In this document: positions 1 to 12,304 of the stretch, in pieces
Layout: each line of letters starts with the position of its first letter
How positions within the stretch are numbered: position 1 is the first letter of the stretch
Source of the DNA: Rhodosorus marinus CCMP1338
Lineage: Eukaryota > Plantae > Rhodophyta
Assembly (NCBI GenBank): GCA_029953675.1
Contig: JAMWBK010000005.1
Coordinates: forward strand, 248,001 to 312,000
Length of the DNA: 64,000 bases
Direction of reading: 5' to 3'
Notes under the pieces: generated by a model
Databases searched by the model: none
What the model saw: only the letters and a program-made list of their open reading frames with translations
What the model was told of the DNA's origin: nothing
Made by a program: the position numbers and the translations under genes

Positions 1-546
1 GGAATTTTGAGTGGGCCCCCAAGAGCTGGTGGATCGCTTTATCTGTCACTGGCACTCAATCGCCGTTGCCGACTCGGTTCAATGCTATTGTCACAATTTC
101 AAGCTTGCACCTCCAGGGAAGACTTCGGACTGCCCTACCGAACGACGTGTCCTCTGTAAGATTTGCTTTTTGTGACAAGCCGGACCTAACCTTCAAAACG
201 TCTTTCCAGCTCAATTGGGGACGACTTCCTGTACCAGTAAGGGTGTCCATCGAATCCACGGTACGTTTTCAAAAAAAACACCCTTCCTTTTTTGATGTGG
301 CGCAAGGCCAAAAGCACACAGTTCACAGTGACATTATATATGATGCCACCAACCGATTCCGTCCAACAGGTTGAAGCCGCAATCGACGCTTTCATCCAAA
401 CCAAGCTTCTCCTGCCGAACTCTTATTGGGTCGTCATGCGTAGAAAACGATCTTTCAAGGTAAACGACCAGGAAATGTTGGTTGCCATCAAGTCAGCCCA
501 GCGGGCGAGGGAGTTCTTGTCTCCACCGCCGACACCGGTGCAATAG
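1..546 (+). CDS. 3' part of an SMP-domain (Mmm1/TEX2-like) lipid-transfer protein; 5' end is outside the window
   Basis: Open frame 3..260, intron 261-369 (GTACGT...CAG), exon 370-546. Spliced product ...VTISSLHLQGRLRTALPNDVSSVRFAFCDKPDLTF...IEST|VEAAIDAFIQTKLLLPNSYW resembles the SMP C-terminal pattern (strand-G-x-L, F-x-F...P, helix...LPN). Confidence 0.55.
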
Positions 547-853
547 GAATGAGCCCCAAGCAATGTGCGCTTCTTGAGAACTATTGTGAATACAACCAGA
601 AGCACCACCAAGAAGCTATTCCGGATTCGCAAAGCTGGTTTATGTGGCTGAGGCGCTGGGTACCCTGAGGAAGCTCTGGGCATTGAATCTTTTATCGCTG
701 AGGTTTGGCTTGTCGGAGGATGCAGGGCACTCGAGTCCACGGGGAAAGGGTTCCTGGGATAAGGTCCGGCCGATCCATGTTCACTAGCAGGAGGTTGCTT
801 CGATACGCGTACGAAATGCCGGAGCTCAACGAACAGCACAATTCAACTCATCC

Positions 854-900
854 AGCGCACTCGCTGAGCGCACTCGCTGAGTACGCTCAGCGAGTGCGCT
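854..900. repeat. Tandem 13-mer plus a perfect 15-bp hairpin
   Basis: AGCGCACTCGCTG x2 (854-866, 867-879). 867-881 is the exact reverse complement of 886-900, with a TACG loop. Confidence 0.9.
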
Positions 901-1188
901 ACGCTCTCGTCGATTAACGCTCAGCCCCATGAATGGTTGGAGAGGCCCCACATCGGGTGAGATGCGGCAAATAATAGATTTCTTTATTACGTTCGTCCAA
1001 TAAATCTGAACCCAAAAAATTGTCGAAAAGGTCTAATAAATTCCACGTTACAGCGAAATTCGGTTTGAGTTCCTAGTAAGTCCGTGAAACAGGCTCATGT
1101 GAGTCACGGGACGCCCATGTTGTTCCAAGCACTATAGAATGCGCTCCAAGCAGAGCGCCAGCACTGGAACGCATGGAATACGGAACAT

Positions 1189-3399
1189 CTAGAGGTTTCT
1201 TTTCTTTGTCGGCGTTGGCAAAGGAGCTTTCCATTCCCAAACATCGCAAGGTACATTGTACACCTTTTTCGGCCCGCTCTTCAATATTCTAGTGTCATAG
1301 CTCATTTTCAACTCGACTAGAGCCCACAGCTTCGTTTTCATCGCTTGATTCTCCTTGTCTAAGAGATCGTCGCGCAAGTGAGTATCCACGATGAACGCCT
1401 GATTTGCGCGGCCATCGTCAAAAGCTATCCTCGCCTCTTGCAAGAGTTCGAGCGCCTGTGGGAACGCAAACGTTTCCTTTTCGTTAACACAAGGATTCGA
1501 CAACAAGTAGCAGTAGCCGTTCAGGCTTTCTGGCAAACACACCTCTTTGTAAATTTCGTCCACTCGCTTCCAGCGATAGCGCATAGTCGAGATCATTACG
1601 GTCATGGTCGTTACGACCACAATCGCAAGCACGAAGCACGCTACCCACAGCTTGTGATTCCACAAGAACATTCTGAAGGCGCACAGTAGATATTGTCGCG
1701 GGCTCATCGACTGATACAAAAGCTTGCGACAATCTGTGCAGTTGTCTGTTCCCTTCGTCGTGAAGCTGACGGACACGTCCGATAACGAGCTTACATATTG
1801 AAGGGCCTTCTCGAAAGCAACGCTGAATTTTTCAGAGCTCGCGTTCAACTGAATCCAATGACGAGTTGCGGGTTCAGCAAATAGCATCAGACAACGTAAG
1901 TCACAGCAACAACTGCCCAAGTTCTATTTATCCCCGGGCAGTTCATTGCAGCGCGTTAGCACGGATCGAATTCGTTTTCATTACCTTGGGGTTCCTCAGT
2001 TCCAGCTCCGCAATGAGCTCTTCGGACGTAAGCATGTCAGATTCCAGTTCACCGCATAGTTTCTTTCCAGCAGCGGTGTCTAGTATACTTTTGATGTCAC
2101 GAAGCAGGGCAGCAGCATGCACTTGTATTTCTCTGTCCTCAACACAACTCGCTCGCCTCGGCACGTATCCTTTATCACACGTCAACGCTCCATCCTTACA
2201 AGTGCCATGCTCGGGGCATGGTCTGCAGCGCTTTGCGAAAGGGCGTCCTGAGATGTCCGACCAGAAAATTTTCGTCTATTTCAGTACGCCAGGCGATTCA
2301 TCATCATGCGCAGAGCCGCACGACAGATCGTTGCTTTTCAAAGTCAACAACAAGCGCTGATAAGGAGGCGGTAGCTTACGCTCTCCTCCGTCACAAAAAG
2401 GAAGCCGTTCAAACCACATCCAAACCGAGATCAAACCCGCCACGAGAGCAAGGAGTACGGAAACTCCAATCACAGTCCTCAAAACCTTCCTGACGAACAG
2501 CTTCTTGGCCTGAGACCGTGAAGTTATGTCTACGTGCGATGAACGGGGATAAACAAAACCCACAACCAAGGAAGAGCGAAAACTATCAAGGTCAGCAACA
2601 AGCTTAGCATACCCCCACAATACCCAAGGATCTTGCTAGGGGCAGTCATACTTGGGTTTGCCTTGTCATCAGGTCTTGAAGAGCGCGCCGCTGATTTCCT
2701 CATTAGCTGGTGGTGAGCGTTTGCGAGAGCCACCAGTTCAGCTTTCTTTGCTCTGGGTTCGTACGGAATCATCAACTTGGATAAGTGCTGTTTCAACTCC
2801 TTGACCGTGGACTGATTGAAGTCCAGTTCCACTATAGTGCGCTCCTCCGGTTCTCCATCGGAGGACCAGTCTGAGACGAACTCTTCGCCAGAAGCGCCTG
2901 AAGGGGAGAGAACCTCCTCTTTGACTTCGGGCGACGAGATGCTTCCACGTCCGAAGTCCACTTGACGGCGAACCTTCTCAGGGGATTGGAAATCAGGAAC
3001 GATCTGAATCTCCTGCTTTTCTGGCGACCCCATTGATTTTTCTATCGTTCCTAGCAACCCCGGCTCTATCCAGACCGATAACCGTCGGCGTGATCGTGAT
3101 GTTCCAGACTTTGGACTTGGTGTCGTCGTATCAACTGAGCCCTTTTTCCCATCCTTGGATTTCTCGACCGACGATTGGAAAGGGTTTATTTCCCGTTCGG
3201 GGGTTCGCGCGCTTGGCCCACCTCTCCGCGTCAAGTCATAGTTCTCGCGGACCTCTAAGGCCGTTCTGAGCAAGTCCTTTTTAACCGGGCGTGGCGTTCG
3301 TCCTGTGGAAGTAATTTCCGACAAAGGAACTTCTTGTCGCTCGAGAAATTCTCTCAGCTCGGAGACGGTCATCTCCTGTATCTCCTGCACACTTTCCAT
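1189..3399 (-). CDS. Man1/Src1/Heh-like inner nuclear membrane protein (HeH/LEM-like motifs, two TM helices, MSC C-terminal domain); multi-exon
   Basis: ATG at 3399. HeH-like motifs MTVSELREFLERQEV and TVKELKQHLSKLMIPYEPRAKKAELVAL; TM1 VIGVSVLLALVAGLISVWMWF; luminal CRPCPEHGTCKDGALTCDKGY; TM2; MSC-type HLRDDLL...LWALVE...DVWEWK. Confidence 0.8.
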
Positions 3400-4138
3400 G
3401 ATACCGATGTCCAACGGCCGTCTCGGCGTAACAGTTGTGAAGAAGCCGCAACGTTGAGTCTCACAATGAGGCTAAAACGAAAAACTCTTCCTCCCTAACC
3501 TGCAGCTCGAGGGCCTACAAGAGGGTACTTGAGGCGAGCGCAAGAAACAGGATCAGCCGCAAAATACAGCTGAACCTGATATATGCTCCTCTCGACTGCA
3601 CGTCCTCTCAATTCAGCTCTTCCACAGCACTCTCGCCAGAATTGAGCAGTAACCTCTGCAACCCGGTACCGGCAAGAAACCCGGTCGACTTGGGTAGACA
3701 ATCGAGAATTTCCCCCGACAACAACCTATAAATCAGTAAATTTCCGGTACAACATCAACAGACTCCTGTTCAAGCACCCACACAAACCTCTAGGACTACC
3801 GTCATCCTCGTCCTCCTTAAGTCCGAAGAAGTCTCGCCAGCCTACCTACCATCATACCGGCGAGCTTTTTGAACATTGCGGGCTCGCGCGCTTCTTTTAA
3901 ATAGCTTTCAAGGAAAATTCTCAAAGATTTTCTTCGAATTAGTATTAAAAAACAAAGACAAAAGGAACCATTGGTTTCCAAAGAAAATTGCTCATCATTA
4001 ATTGGACTCTAAATTCAGATTCGACAGGTGGAGTAAAATAAGTTGGTAAACGATTACTTTATTTCTATGAAACTTGCAGCTTTCTTACAGTTCTGCTTAA
4101 CCCCCTCTTGGACGTGCTGTACGTCATCCATTGGCGTA

Positions 4139-4156
4139 CTAGTTACTAGTAACTAG
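4139..4156. repeat. Perfect 18-bp palindrome CTAGTTACTAGTAACTAG
   Basis: The sequence equals its own reverse complement. A second 9-bp hairpin (TCGTTACTG-GAA-CAGTAACGA) lies at 4253-4273. Confidence 0.9.
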
Positions 4157-4353
4157 GATTCGTACATAACAAATTTTATGGATCCCACTCTTACCCGGTG
4201 CGGACTCATGTTTGCTGAGCGTTCACTTGTGCACTCGCCGAACCATCGAGTGTCGTTACTGGAACAGTAACGAGCTCTTACGACAATAGAGGCCTTGTAC
4301 GTGGATTCTGGGAATATCTATGCATGGATCAGAACAAGTTGAGGGTTCTATGC

Positions 4354-6706
4354 CTATAAACATATCCGGGCTATTGCCTGTGGGTTGTGAGCACATTGCT
4401 CGAGAATCGTAATCGAACCCGCGAGCTTTGCGGACGGCCAGTCACCCGGATTTTGAGGTATTAAGGAATCCTTTGATCTCAGGATCAGTGCCAGAAGGCT
4501 GCCAACCTCGTGCTGCTTCCGTAGGTATTGGGGATTCCTCAATAACTCGCGAAAAGGAACAAACAATACCTGGAAATCTTCGTTCCTGAATTCTCTTAGC
4601 CAATTGGATATCCCCCTTGCCCATCTAGGATGCGTTCGCGGAGTTCAAAGGAGAAACAGTCAGAGACTCTTCGTTGTCAGGGCCTTGGTAGTACTCACGC
4701 TAAGTGACTTTGGCGACTACATCGCGAATTGGTTTCTTCTCACCTTCCCACCTTGAAAAGCATACCCAAGAGCCAATCTCCTGGCAACTACCGATGTCGT
4801 CCTTCCCCAGACTGCAGACAACAGCTGTGGGTTCGTTGCTTTAAGCAACCTCAGAAACTGGAATGCTGCCTGCGCCATGCCAGAGGAGGTTCCACTAGGA
4901 TGTGACCTGCTCACGAGGAACGCGTACGCGACTTCCGCGTACCGGTCAAACGCATAGGCATTCTGTCCATCATCACCTATTTGATGTTGCATTCGTTCAC
5001 AGATCGCATTCAAAACGTCGTTATATCGAACGCATCCAGGTGCACGTTAGAAGCGCACCTCCTTCGTAATCCAGAGTAACAATGACGTGGTTCGGGTGCC
5101 CAAGAGTTCCCGGGGTGTCCAGCGGGATCCTTCTAGTCACACGAAACCCGTCTCCTTCAATTAAGTCCCCAGTCCTCTGCTGATCACGATATGCTTGTCT
5201 TCCAAGCTTCCAACAATCCGCAAACCACACAAAGGACAGGCCAGAGTCGGTCCAAACATGGTTGTTCCCGGAATAATCACCTTCCCCGGCCGTCCGGCCT
5301 ACTATCAGAGCAGGTCCCCTTCCGGGGAGGGTTGCTATTCCCTTCGGAGCAATGGTTCCCCGCGTCATGACTGCACTCCGCAAAAGCAGGTCTTGTGTAC
5401 CCCTGGGTGATCGACAGGAGAGGTAGGACCGCTAAGATCTCTCAATGGTTCGTTGTTTGTCCCTGGCATGAGGAGATTAAGAAAGTAGGGTGACATACGC
5501 AAGAGCTCGGGACAACAAAACTGTAACAGCATCTCGAAACGACTCAGTATTGAAACAGTCACAAAACACCAGATCCGCTTTCCTGACGAAGTAGAACCCT
5601 GTTTGCTCGTGTGCTAGGACCTGCCGTCCGGCTTGCCGTGTCAGCGTTTGGCTTTTGGTGAGGCCTGCTGCGGCGTACACAGTAATCTGAGGTTCACCTT
5701 GTCGAGAGAGAAAATGTACTAGAAATTTTGAGCTTTTTTCTTTTGATACTCGCACGCTTGGGAAAGATCAAGCCTCTATTGCTCGAGACCTGTGCGTGGT
5801 CACTTACCAGAGTCATCTTCGTCTAGGGGCTTTAGCATCATGTTCATGAAAACAAAAAGCAGCGGATGATCGACGACGACTCTAACTCGCGTTCTAATTC
5901 GACTCAGCGAGAATACATAGCCATCTAGCACGTACTTGTGATCCAACCTCTGGAGGTAACCGTAAACGATTTCTTTCCACAGCATGTCCTTAACGTGGCC
6001 AGGGCCGCGAAAACATTTGGGCTGTTCCGCATACGCACGGAAATGCCGAACGAGACTGCTCATTTGAGTCAAAACGGCAAGGGAAATGCGTCACCGTGCG
6101 TTTTAGGTGCCGTTCCAAATCACCTGACGAGTATCATATTCATCGAACTTCATTGCCCGCATAGAAGTGATGTTGCTTGTTGTCCTGTAGGGGTTTCTGA
6201 TCCGCGATTGGGAAATATCGACAGCTGCAACTTGTGGAGAGTATACTGACCCCACTTCTTCAGGGCCTGCTCGGTAATCATCCCCATCGTGCATTGCCCG
6301 CGACTTCTCCGAGGCTGACTCCGGCATGTCGTGCGCGCGTTTGAAGTATTTGGCTTGCGGGGCGACTGCAGTGGTGATCGGGCCATTCCTGCGAAAATTC
6401 TAAAAACGATGTCATTTTTCGAGACGAAAACATGGTTGTTATCCCGTTTCAGGCTATAGTCGATCCTCCCGTTTTATCCGTCAAAGAGTGGTAGGAATGT
6501 TCGTGTAGCACCTCTTTCCTCGTCCGCTTGACCTGTCTTCCCGCGCTAATCCAGTCTTGATACTCGGATTCAGTTAGCTTCTTCGGAGCGAAGATGGATC
6601 GCACTTTGGCCCTTCCACTGTTTCTGCTTTCACGTTGGCGGGGAGCCTTGATAGAACTCACAGAGCCGTTCCATCGCCTTGCAATCCACCTCACAGGAGA
6701 AGACAT
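4354..6706 (-). CDS. Multi-exon hypothetical protein, no recognisable domain
   Basis: A chain of protein-like ORF segments bounded by GT/AG sites. The last junction reads in frame (RRLALG|WARGISNWLREF...RICL*). The Arg-rich N-terminus from ATG 6706 resembles a transit peptide. Internal exon limits and the start are uncertain. Confidence 0.55.
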
Positions 6707-7482
6707 CACGATATATCCTTTTTTTTTGCTCCTAGAACCATCCTGTTCGTGCAGAATTGGCAATCGGCTCGGTGAAAACACTGGCGACGTCAAATTCACT
6801 GCAGATCATGTTCGCAACCGGTAACCAGCCAACTCCGCATTACGCCATCGGCATGAAAGCTACAGTGTTTTCAGCGATATTCACGGCAAACCTGCTTTAA
6901 CTGGAATCCCAGAAATCCATTTTAAGCGCAGCTCGCGAAGTGGGTTTCCCATGCGAATCACCTTCGGTATGCGGTAGGCGGAATGCCCCATGTTGCAAAG
7001 GAGTGCTCACCAACTGTTGCCATAAAATGGGAGCCTTTATCATTGTATCATCCCTGTCCGCGACTCTGTAGATTTCCTGCGAGCGAATCGCTCTGTGGGC
7101 CAAAGTGCAATTAGGGATCACTCATAGAGAGAGAAGAGTTCTGCTTCGGAGAACTGTTGGAAGAGCTTGCAATGGGTTTCATTCAAAACGAGTATATCCG
7201 CGAGCTAATTCACACATACGGAATACACGCAGATGCTGGAGATTCGAAAATCCCCCAGCCACGGGGAGGTTCTGTGAATGGGAAGCGGGGAGTCCGATGA
7301 CGGTTTCCACTAGCAATGCGATTGTCGATGATCGAAGCTTCTTCATCCACATAAAAGGGCATCGGCTTTCTGTGAAACTGTTACACCTTCCGAGCAACCG
7401 GCATCCTTCAAAACAGAATAGTTTATTACAGTTTGTCACAAGAGTACATGCTCACGGTTCGAGCCGCGTCAACTCCTAGAGC

Positions 7483-9339
7483 TTAAGACAAGCGCATTTC
7501 GAGATGCTTGATATATGCTTGTTGTAATTGACACCTAAGGAGGAGATTGCTTGGTCGCACTTGAACCCGAAATTCCAATGATGGGCACGTTTCGCCACTG
7601 CCGATAGACCTCAGAGAGCGCAGGTCGCCCATGGTACAAAATCTGTTCCTACCCCATGAGTCGCCTCGACGAAACCTTGCCGTGTTCCTAAAACTGAAGT
7701 TGTGAACTGGAGCGCCGAGCAGTTCAACGCTGTACTCGAACTGGACCTCTTCCAAGTCAACCGTAGACTCCGAGAGAGTTAGGAACACCCCAAATGGTAG
7801 CTTGCTATCTGAACCATCATCAGACAGATAGTACTGCACGCGGAAAAACAGAGAGAGACGAATAAGTACTAGCGGCCAGGGGGCTGTCGTATTAGTCGGC
7901 TCGGCATAGGTAATCCTTCGACCCGCAAGATGGGAATCGAACGCATTCCTGACGTACCCTGATCCTCAACCGCCATTCAAGTCCGAAAACCATAAGCGGT
8001 TCGGACAGAATGGACTTCTCCATCCCATCGGGAGAAGATGAGTCCAATCGCATTGTAAAAGTCTTGGAAACAAATGACTGGAACATTCCTTCCTGGTAGG
8101 TGTCGAAGCTAGTGGCCAGAGTTTCCGTGTTGGCTTTTGCAGTTGCCTACGGAAAAGCATAGCTGTTCAGCGCGGTTCTCCCTAAGAGAAAAGTTGGAAA
8201 CCTCTTCAAAGCAACGCTTTGCGCTGTGACGGACCTTCACTTTGGACAGGATTTCGGCAAGATTTTCTCGAATATCTGCCTCTGAGCTACCCAGATCCAC
8301 TTCGACGCCTGATTCAACGTCGTACTTGATCATGCTGATGCTGTTCGTAGCCCATGCGTTCAGGTAATTGAGATCCTGATCCTGGGTTCTAAGCGAGGTC
8401 GTGTACTCCTCATGGTCTCTTGATATTTGAGAACCAATTACCTCTGTCGTCTGCTCGATGCCATCCAGAGAGTTGATCTAAATAACGCAAATAACGCACC
8501 TTGAGAAGTAGTGATCGGGTCCTTGAATGTGAAAACCAACATGCTTTTGCTCGACACCTACCAAGACCTTGTCAGATTTTTGTCTAATACCTCTGAGCTG
8601 TGACTTCCACGATTCAATCCAGAAGTCGATCTCCTCAAGCGTGGATTGAATTTCCTTCCTCAGCTCTGCCTTCAACTGGCCAACTGAAAGTTGCCGGAGG
8701 AGCGCTCGTTCAGCAAGAGACTCCCACTTGAAGGAGAGGAGAGCAAAGGGAACGCTTTACCCTTGCGGAACACATGACCTCTTCTTTCAGGACAGAGTAG
8801 TGCGCACTCGGGGCACACGAAAGAACAGTCCGTTTCATCATAATAACTGCGCGTCAATGAAGAGGTCAAGCCCACCAGGCAAATAGTAGTCAATACGCTG
8901 CGCTTTTCTGAGTCTAGCAAGCATCACGCAGGAGGCTTGAGCTGATGCCGAAGTGGCGGATACCTTATCTCAAGGTTGTGTTTCGTGCATCTACTCTCAG
9001 GTTCTGACAGTAGTCTCTTGATTTTCTGCGTGACCTAGAGTACGTTCGTAACGAATTCAAAAGTCGCTCAAAACCCACATCATAAAAAAAAGAGCAGGCT
9101 CCTATGTGAAGAATCTGTACCTCCTCGATCAGACGTCCACTTCCCAGATTCTGCAGGACCACCGGTGCTCTGCACAGCGGACATGACGACTTTTGCTCTA
9201 GCCATTTCTCAACACAAGCCCTGCAGAAACATGTCCCGCATGCAGTACACAACTTCGGCTCCACAACCCCATCAAAGCATATCACACACTGGAACAAACC
9301 CTGGAGGATCTCATCTGCAGGCTCGTCCTTCTCGGCCAT
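7483..9339 (-). CDS. TRIM37: TRIM37-like E3 ubiquitin ligase (RING, B-box, coiled coil, MATH); multi-exon
   Basis: RING FQCVICFDGVVEPKLCTACGTCFCRACVEKWLEQKSSCPLCRAP; B-box CTKHNLEI|YYDETDCSFVCPECAL; MATH SEPLMVFGLEWRLRI...GVFLTLS...FEYSVEL...SWGRNRF; tail EFRVQVRPSNL...QAYIKHLE. The RING-B-box-CC-MATH order is diagnostic of TRIM37. Confidence 0.85.
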
Positions 9340-10708
9340 CCCATCATCGCGGTACACCAAGACCCACCGGAAATTCAATATCAACTCGTCATGCTTTCCT
9401 TCATCTCATTTCATATTCAAGCGGGGCAGACCTCAAAAGCCATATAGCCTTCAAATCCTTATGCTCCCCACAAGCATACATACCTCCAAAAGCTAAAGCA
9501 ATCAACCCCTTCCTCAACGCAAATCCTTCGTAGATGACCGACAATCCCCCAACATTGTCCTCATAAAACCAAAACAATTTCAAAGCATGAAACCTTTACC
9601 TACCCCAAACGTACCTCCAACACCCCCCCCCTTCCCTGTTCCAAAATTTCCCACCCCCCCTCAATAAAAAGTCTTTCAAATATATAACAGCCGGTCAATC
9701 TTTTCCATGTCCCCGTCCAATGTTACCACAGCTGAAAAAAAGTTTCTACTCGTCGTAATTTACACAGGAAAACTTTGTTTTTCTCCTGATTTTCCTGGCT
9801 CGGGATTTTTCGCATGTCTCGGTAAAGTTATTGTTTGAGACTACTGAAAATTTAATGAAATTTTCATCCTTACGAGAGATTTTCCACAGTTCTCATCCAA
9901 AAATTGGATGTGCGAACTGGATTTCTCGATCTTTTCCCCTTTTCTTGTTGCATTGGTCATATGTTAAGAATTGACCCTTTTTGGGAGGAAGACGTGGCCG
10001 GGGGATTAGAGGGGGATAAGGGGGCATGGGGTCACCACCTCGTGCGCTGTTTTAGGGGTCGGTTATTAGTTGCTACTCACAGCGTATCATATTGTTTGAG
10101 GGGGAAGAACTATCTCTGTGTGATACTTCCCTTCGAGAATTCGCCTATGAGGCTTGACGGTTGGTGTCTCCCACCCACAAGAGGCGTTATCTGAAAACGC
10201 AGTCCAGTCTCCGCAAGGGGAGTTGCGATTTTATTTTCAAGTTTTTATCAATCCGCGCGAGATGTTGGTTTTAGCTCTACTATCCGGTTGACGTTTTTGG
10301 GTTGCGCGACGGCCCGATTGATCATATGTAGCAGACGCTTTGCTTTGAGTGGGGGTTCCTTCCTATGATGATGTTGGTATCCGAGTAAAAAAATGTGGTT
10401 GTTCAAACATTCGAGCGTGTCTGTCAAGGCTTTCTTCATATGGGGTGATAACTCGTGCACAAAAAAAAAAGCACGTTCGCTTATGTATTCCAGTTAGAAT
10501 ATGGTTCAGTTAGCTAAAAGTTTTCCTAAAAGCAATTTCTGACTATGATACAATCCCTGCGTCAGGTATCTGTGCTTATTTGGTCGCACAGCCCTGGCAG
10601 GGTTTTGACGCGGTTCAAGCAAGAAGATAAGGTAAAACGGAGACCTATGGCCAGTTTCTGACTATCTATTGCATGGTCCTTGCTGCCTGAGCATGACCAA
10701 ATGGGTAC

Positions 10709-11452
10709 CTATTCCTGGACGGGCGTGTTGGGAAGAATAATAGGCGCTTCGGGGTCAACTTCATCCGTCAACCCAAGCCTCTTCAGCAGCTTATAGAACT
10801 GATCCTCGGTGATACCTTCTTCGAGATCATCACAACCAGCCTCACTCATCATGCTTTCTATCTATGATTTGGAAAAATACGGAATAAATTCAGCTTATGC
10901 GAATTAATGGTAACGCTATCCAACCCAACAAGAACTGTTTCGAGAATGGCGGGTTCTCGGTGAAGCACAAGACGCAGGAAAAAAAAAAAATTCTCTCGCA
11001 TACTCTGCAACTCTCACCTCGAGCTCACAGACGTCCTCCCCGATCGCGCTCATGACCTTCGCGATGTCGTCTTTGCTTACGGTGTTTGTATTTGACCTGT
11101 CGAAGATATTGAAGCAATCCGAAGCAAACGGAGTGACATCCTTATGCTTCTTGTAATAGCCCGATATCATGGACAAGAACTCTGCAAACTCTAACTCCTC
11201 ACTATCCTCCTTGCAATAAGCTTTCATCATGCTTTCCGCTAGACCGGAAGCGTCCCCATCCTCAAGCACCGACAGAAGTCCTTTCAGCTCGTCAATTCCC
11301 ATAGTCCCGCCATCGTCGCGGTCGAAATAATTGAAAACGTATCGCAGCTTTCTCTGAATATCTCTGCTCACTCCCAAACCTCCTTTCCTCGCGGAGTTCG
11401 CCGAAGACGACGGAATCGACTTCTCCGATCCACGATCACCAAACGAGTTCAT
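10709..11452 (-). CDS. Calmodulin/centrin-like EF-hand protein; 2 exons (11452-11018, 10861-10709)
   Basis: EF1 FDRDDGGTMGIDEL and EF3 FDRSNTNTVSKDDI. An in-frame GTGAG...TAG intron joins to IESMMSEAG...PVQE*. Confidence 0.85.
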
Positions 11453-12304
11453 TGCACCAGATTCTCTCTCTCCTAACCAATTCTACAACCTACACTGATA
11501 AATACCCAAAGACAAAATGCTCCTACCAGTGCACCTCAAATACCCTAACTACCTTTTCAAGCTTGCTACTCTCAACCCTTGTCCGCACCTTCCCTCATGA
11601 CACCAGCTCCAATTCTGCTACCAGTTCCCAAATGTCATTCTTCTTGGCAATGAAAGATAACTGCATCAGCAAGAACGCAAAATGGTGGGGGGATACAGTA
11701 CCAACAAATAAATACGAAAACGCCCAATATCCATTCTTGATATGAAATTCCAACTTTTGCAGTCCTTTTTTCCCCAAAGCAAATTGTGATTGAGGGGTGG
11801 GTTCAACAGGTCCAAATGTTTCCTTTCTTATGGGAATTGGTTTCTCCCCATAGAATTTTATCATAATATACGTTTTTACGCCTGTTCTTCAGAACAACAC
11901 GTCGATTGGCTGGTGAACTGAGAGTACGCTAAGAACAAGCCTATTCTACCAATTAAAAGTCTTAAGTATTCTTGCGCTTTACATAACGGAGTTTGGTTCG
12001 ATGCCGATTCCAAGCTGGCCAATGATAGTACTTAAAAATTTGGGAGTTATATGATTGGTTAGAAGGATTCTTACCACTAACATGTGTTGGATGCAATGAA
12101 ATAAGACGAGGGGATTGGTTACGAACACAAAAATTAGCCAATTGCTATTTAGCAGACTCAACAAGAAGTTAATTTAATGAAATACGTGCTAAATTGCATA
12201 CGCTTTGCTCTCAGATACATGCGGCTGGCAAACTGCCAATTCTGCTGGGGTACATGCCGTCCGTGCTGTGAATCGGGTTATCGATCTGCGTGTGCCGTTG
12301 ATAC

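Noticed and set aside
423-839. Minus-strand ORF with a hydrophobic stretch
   Set aside because: It overlaps the last exon of the SMP gene antisense and has no convincing start; it is probably 3' UTR.
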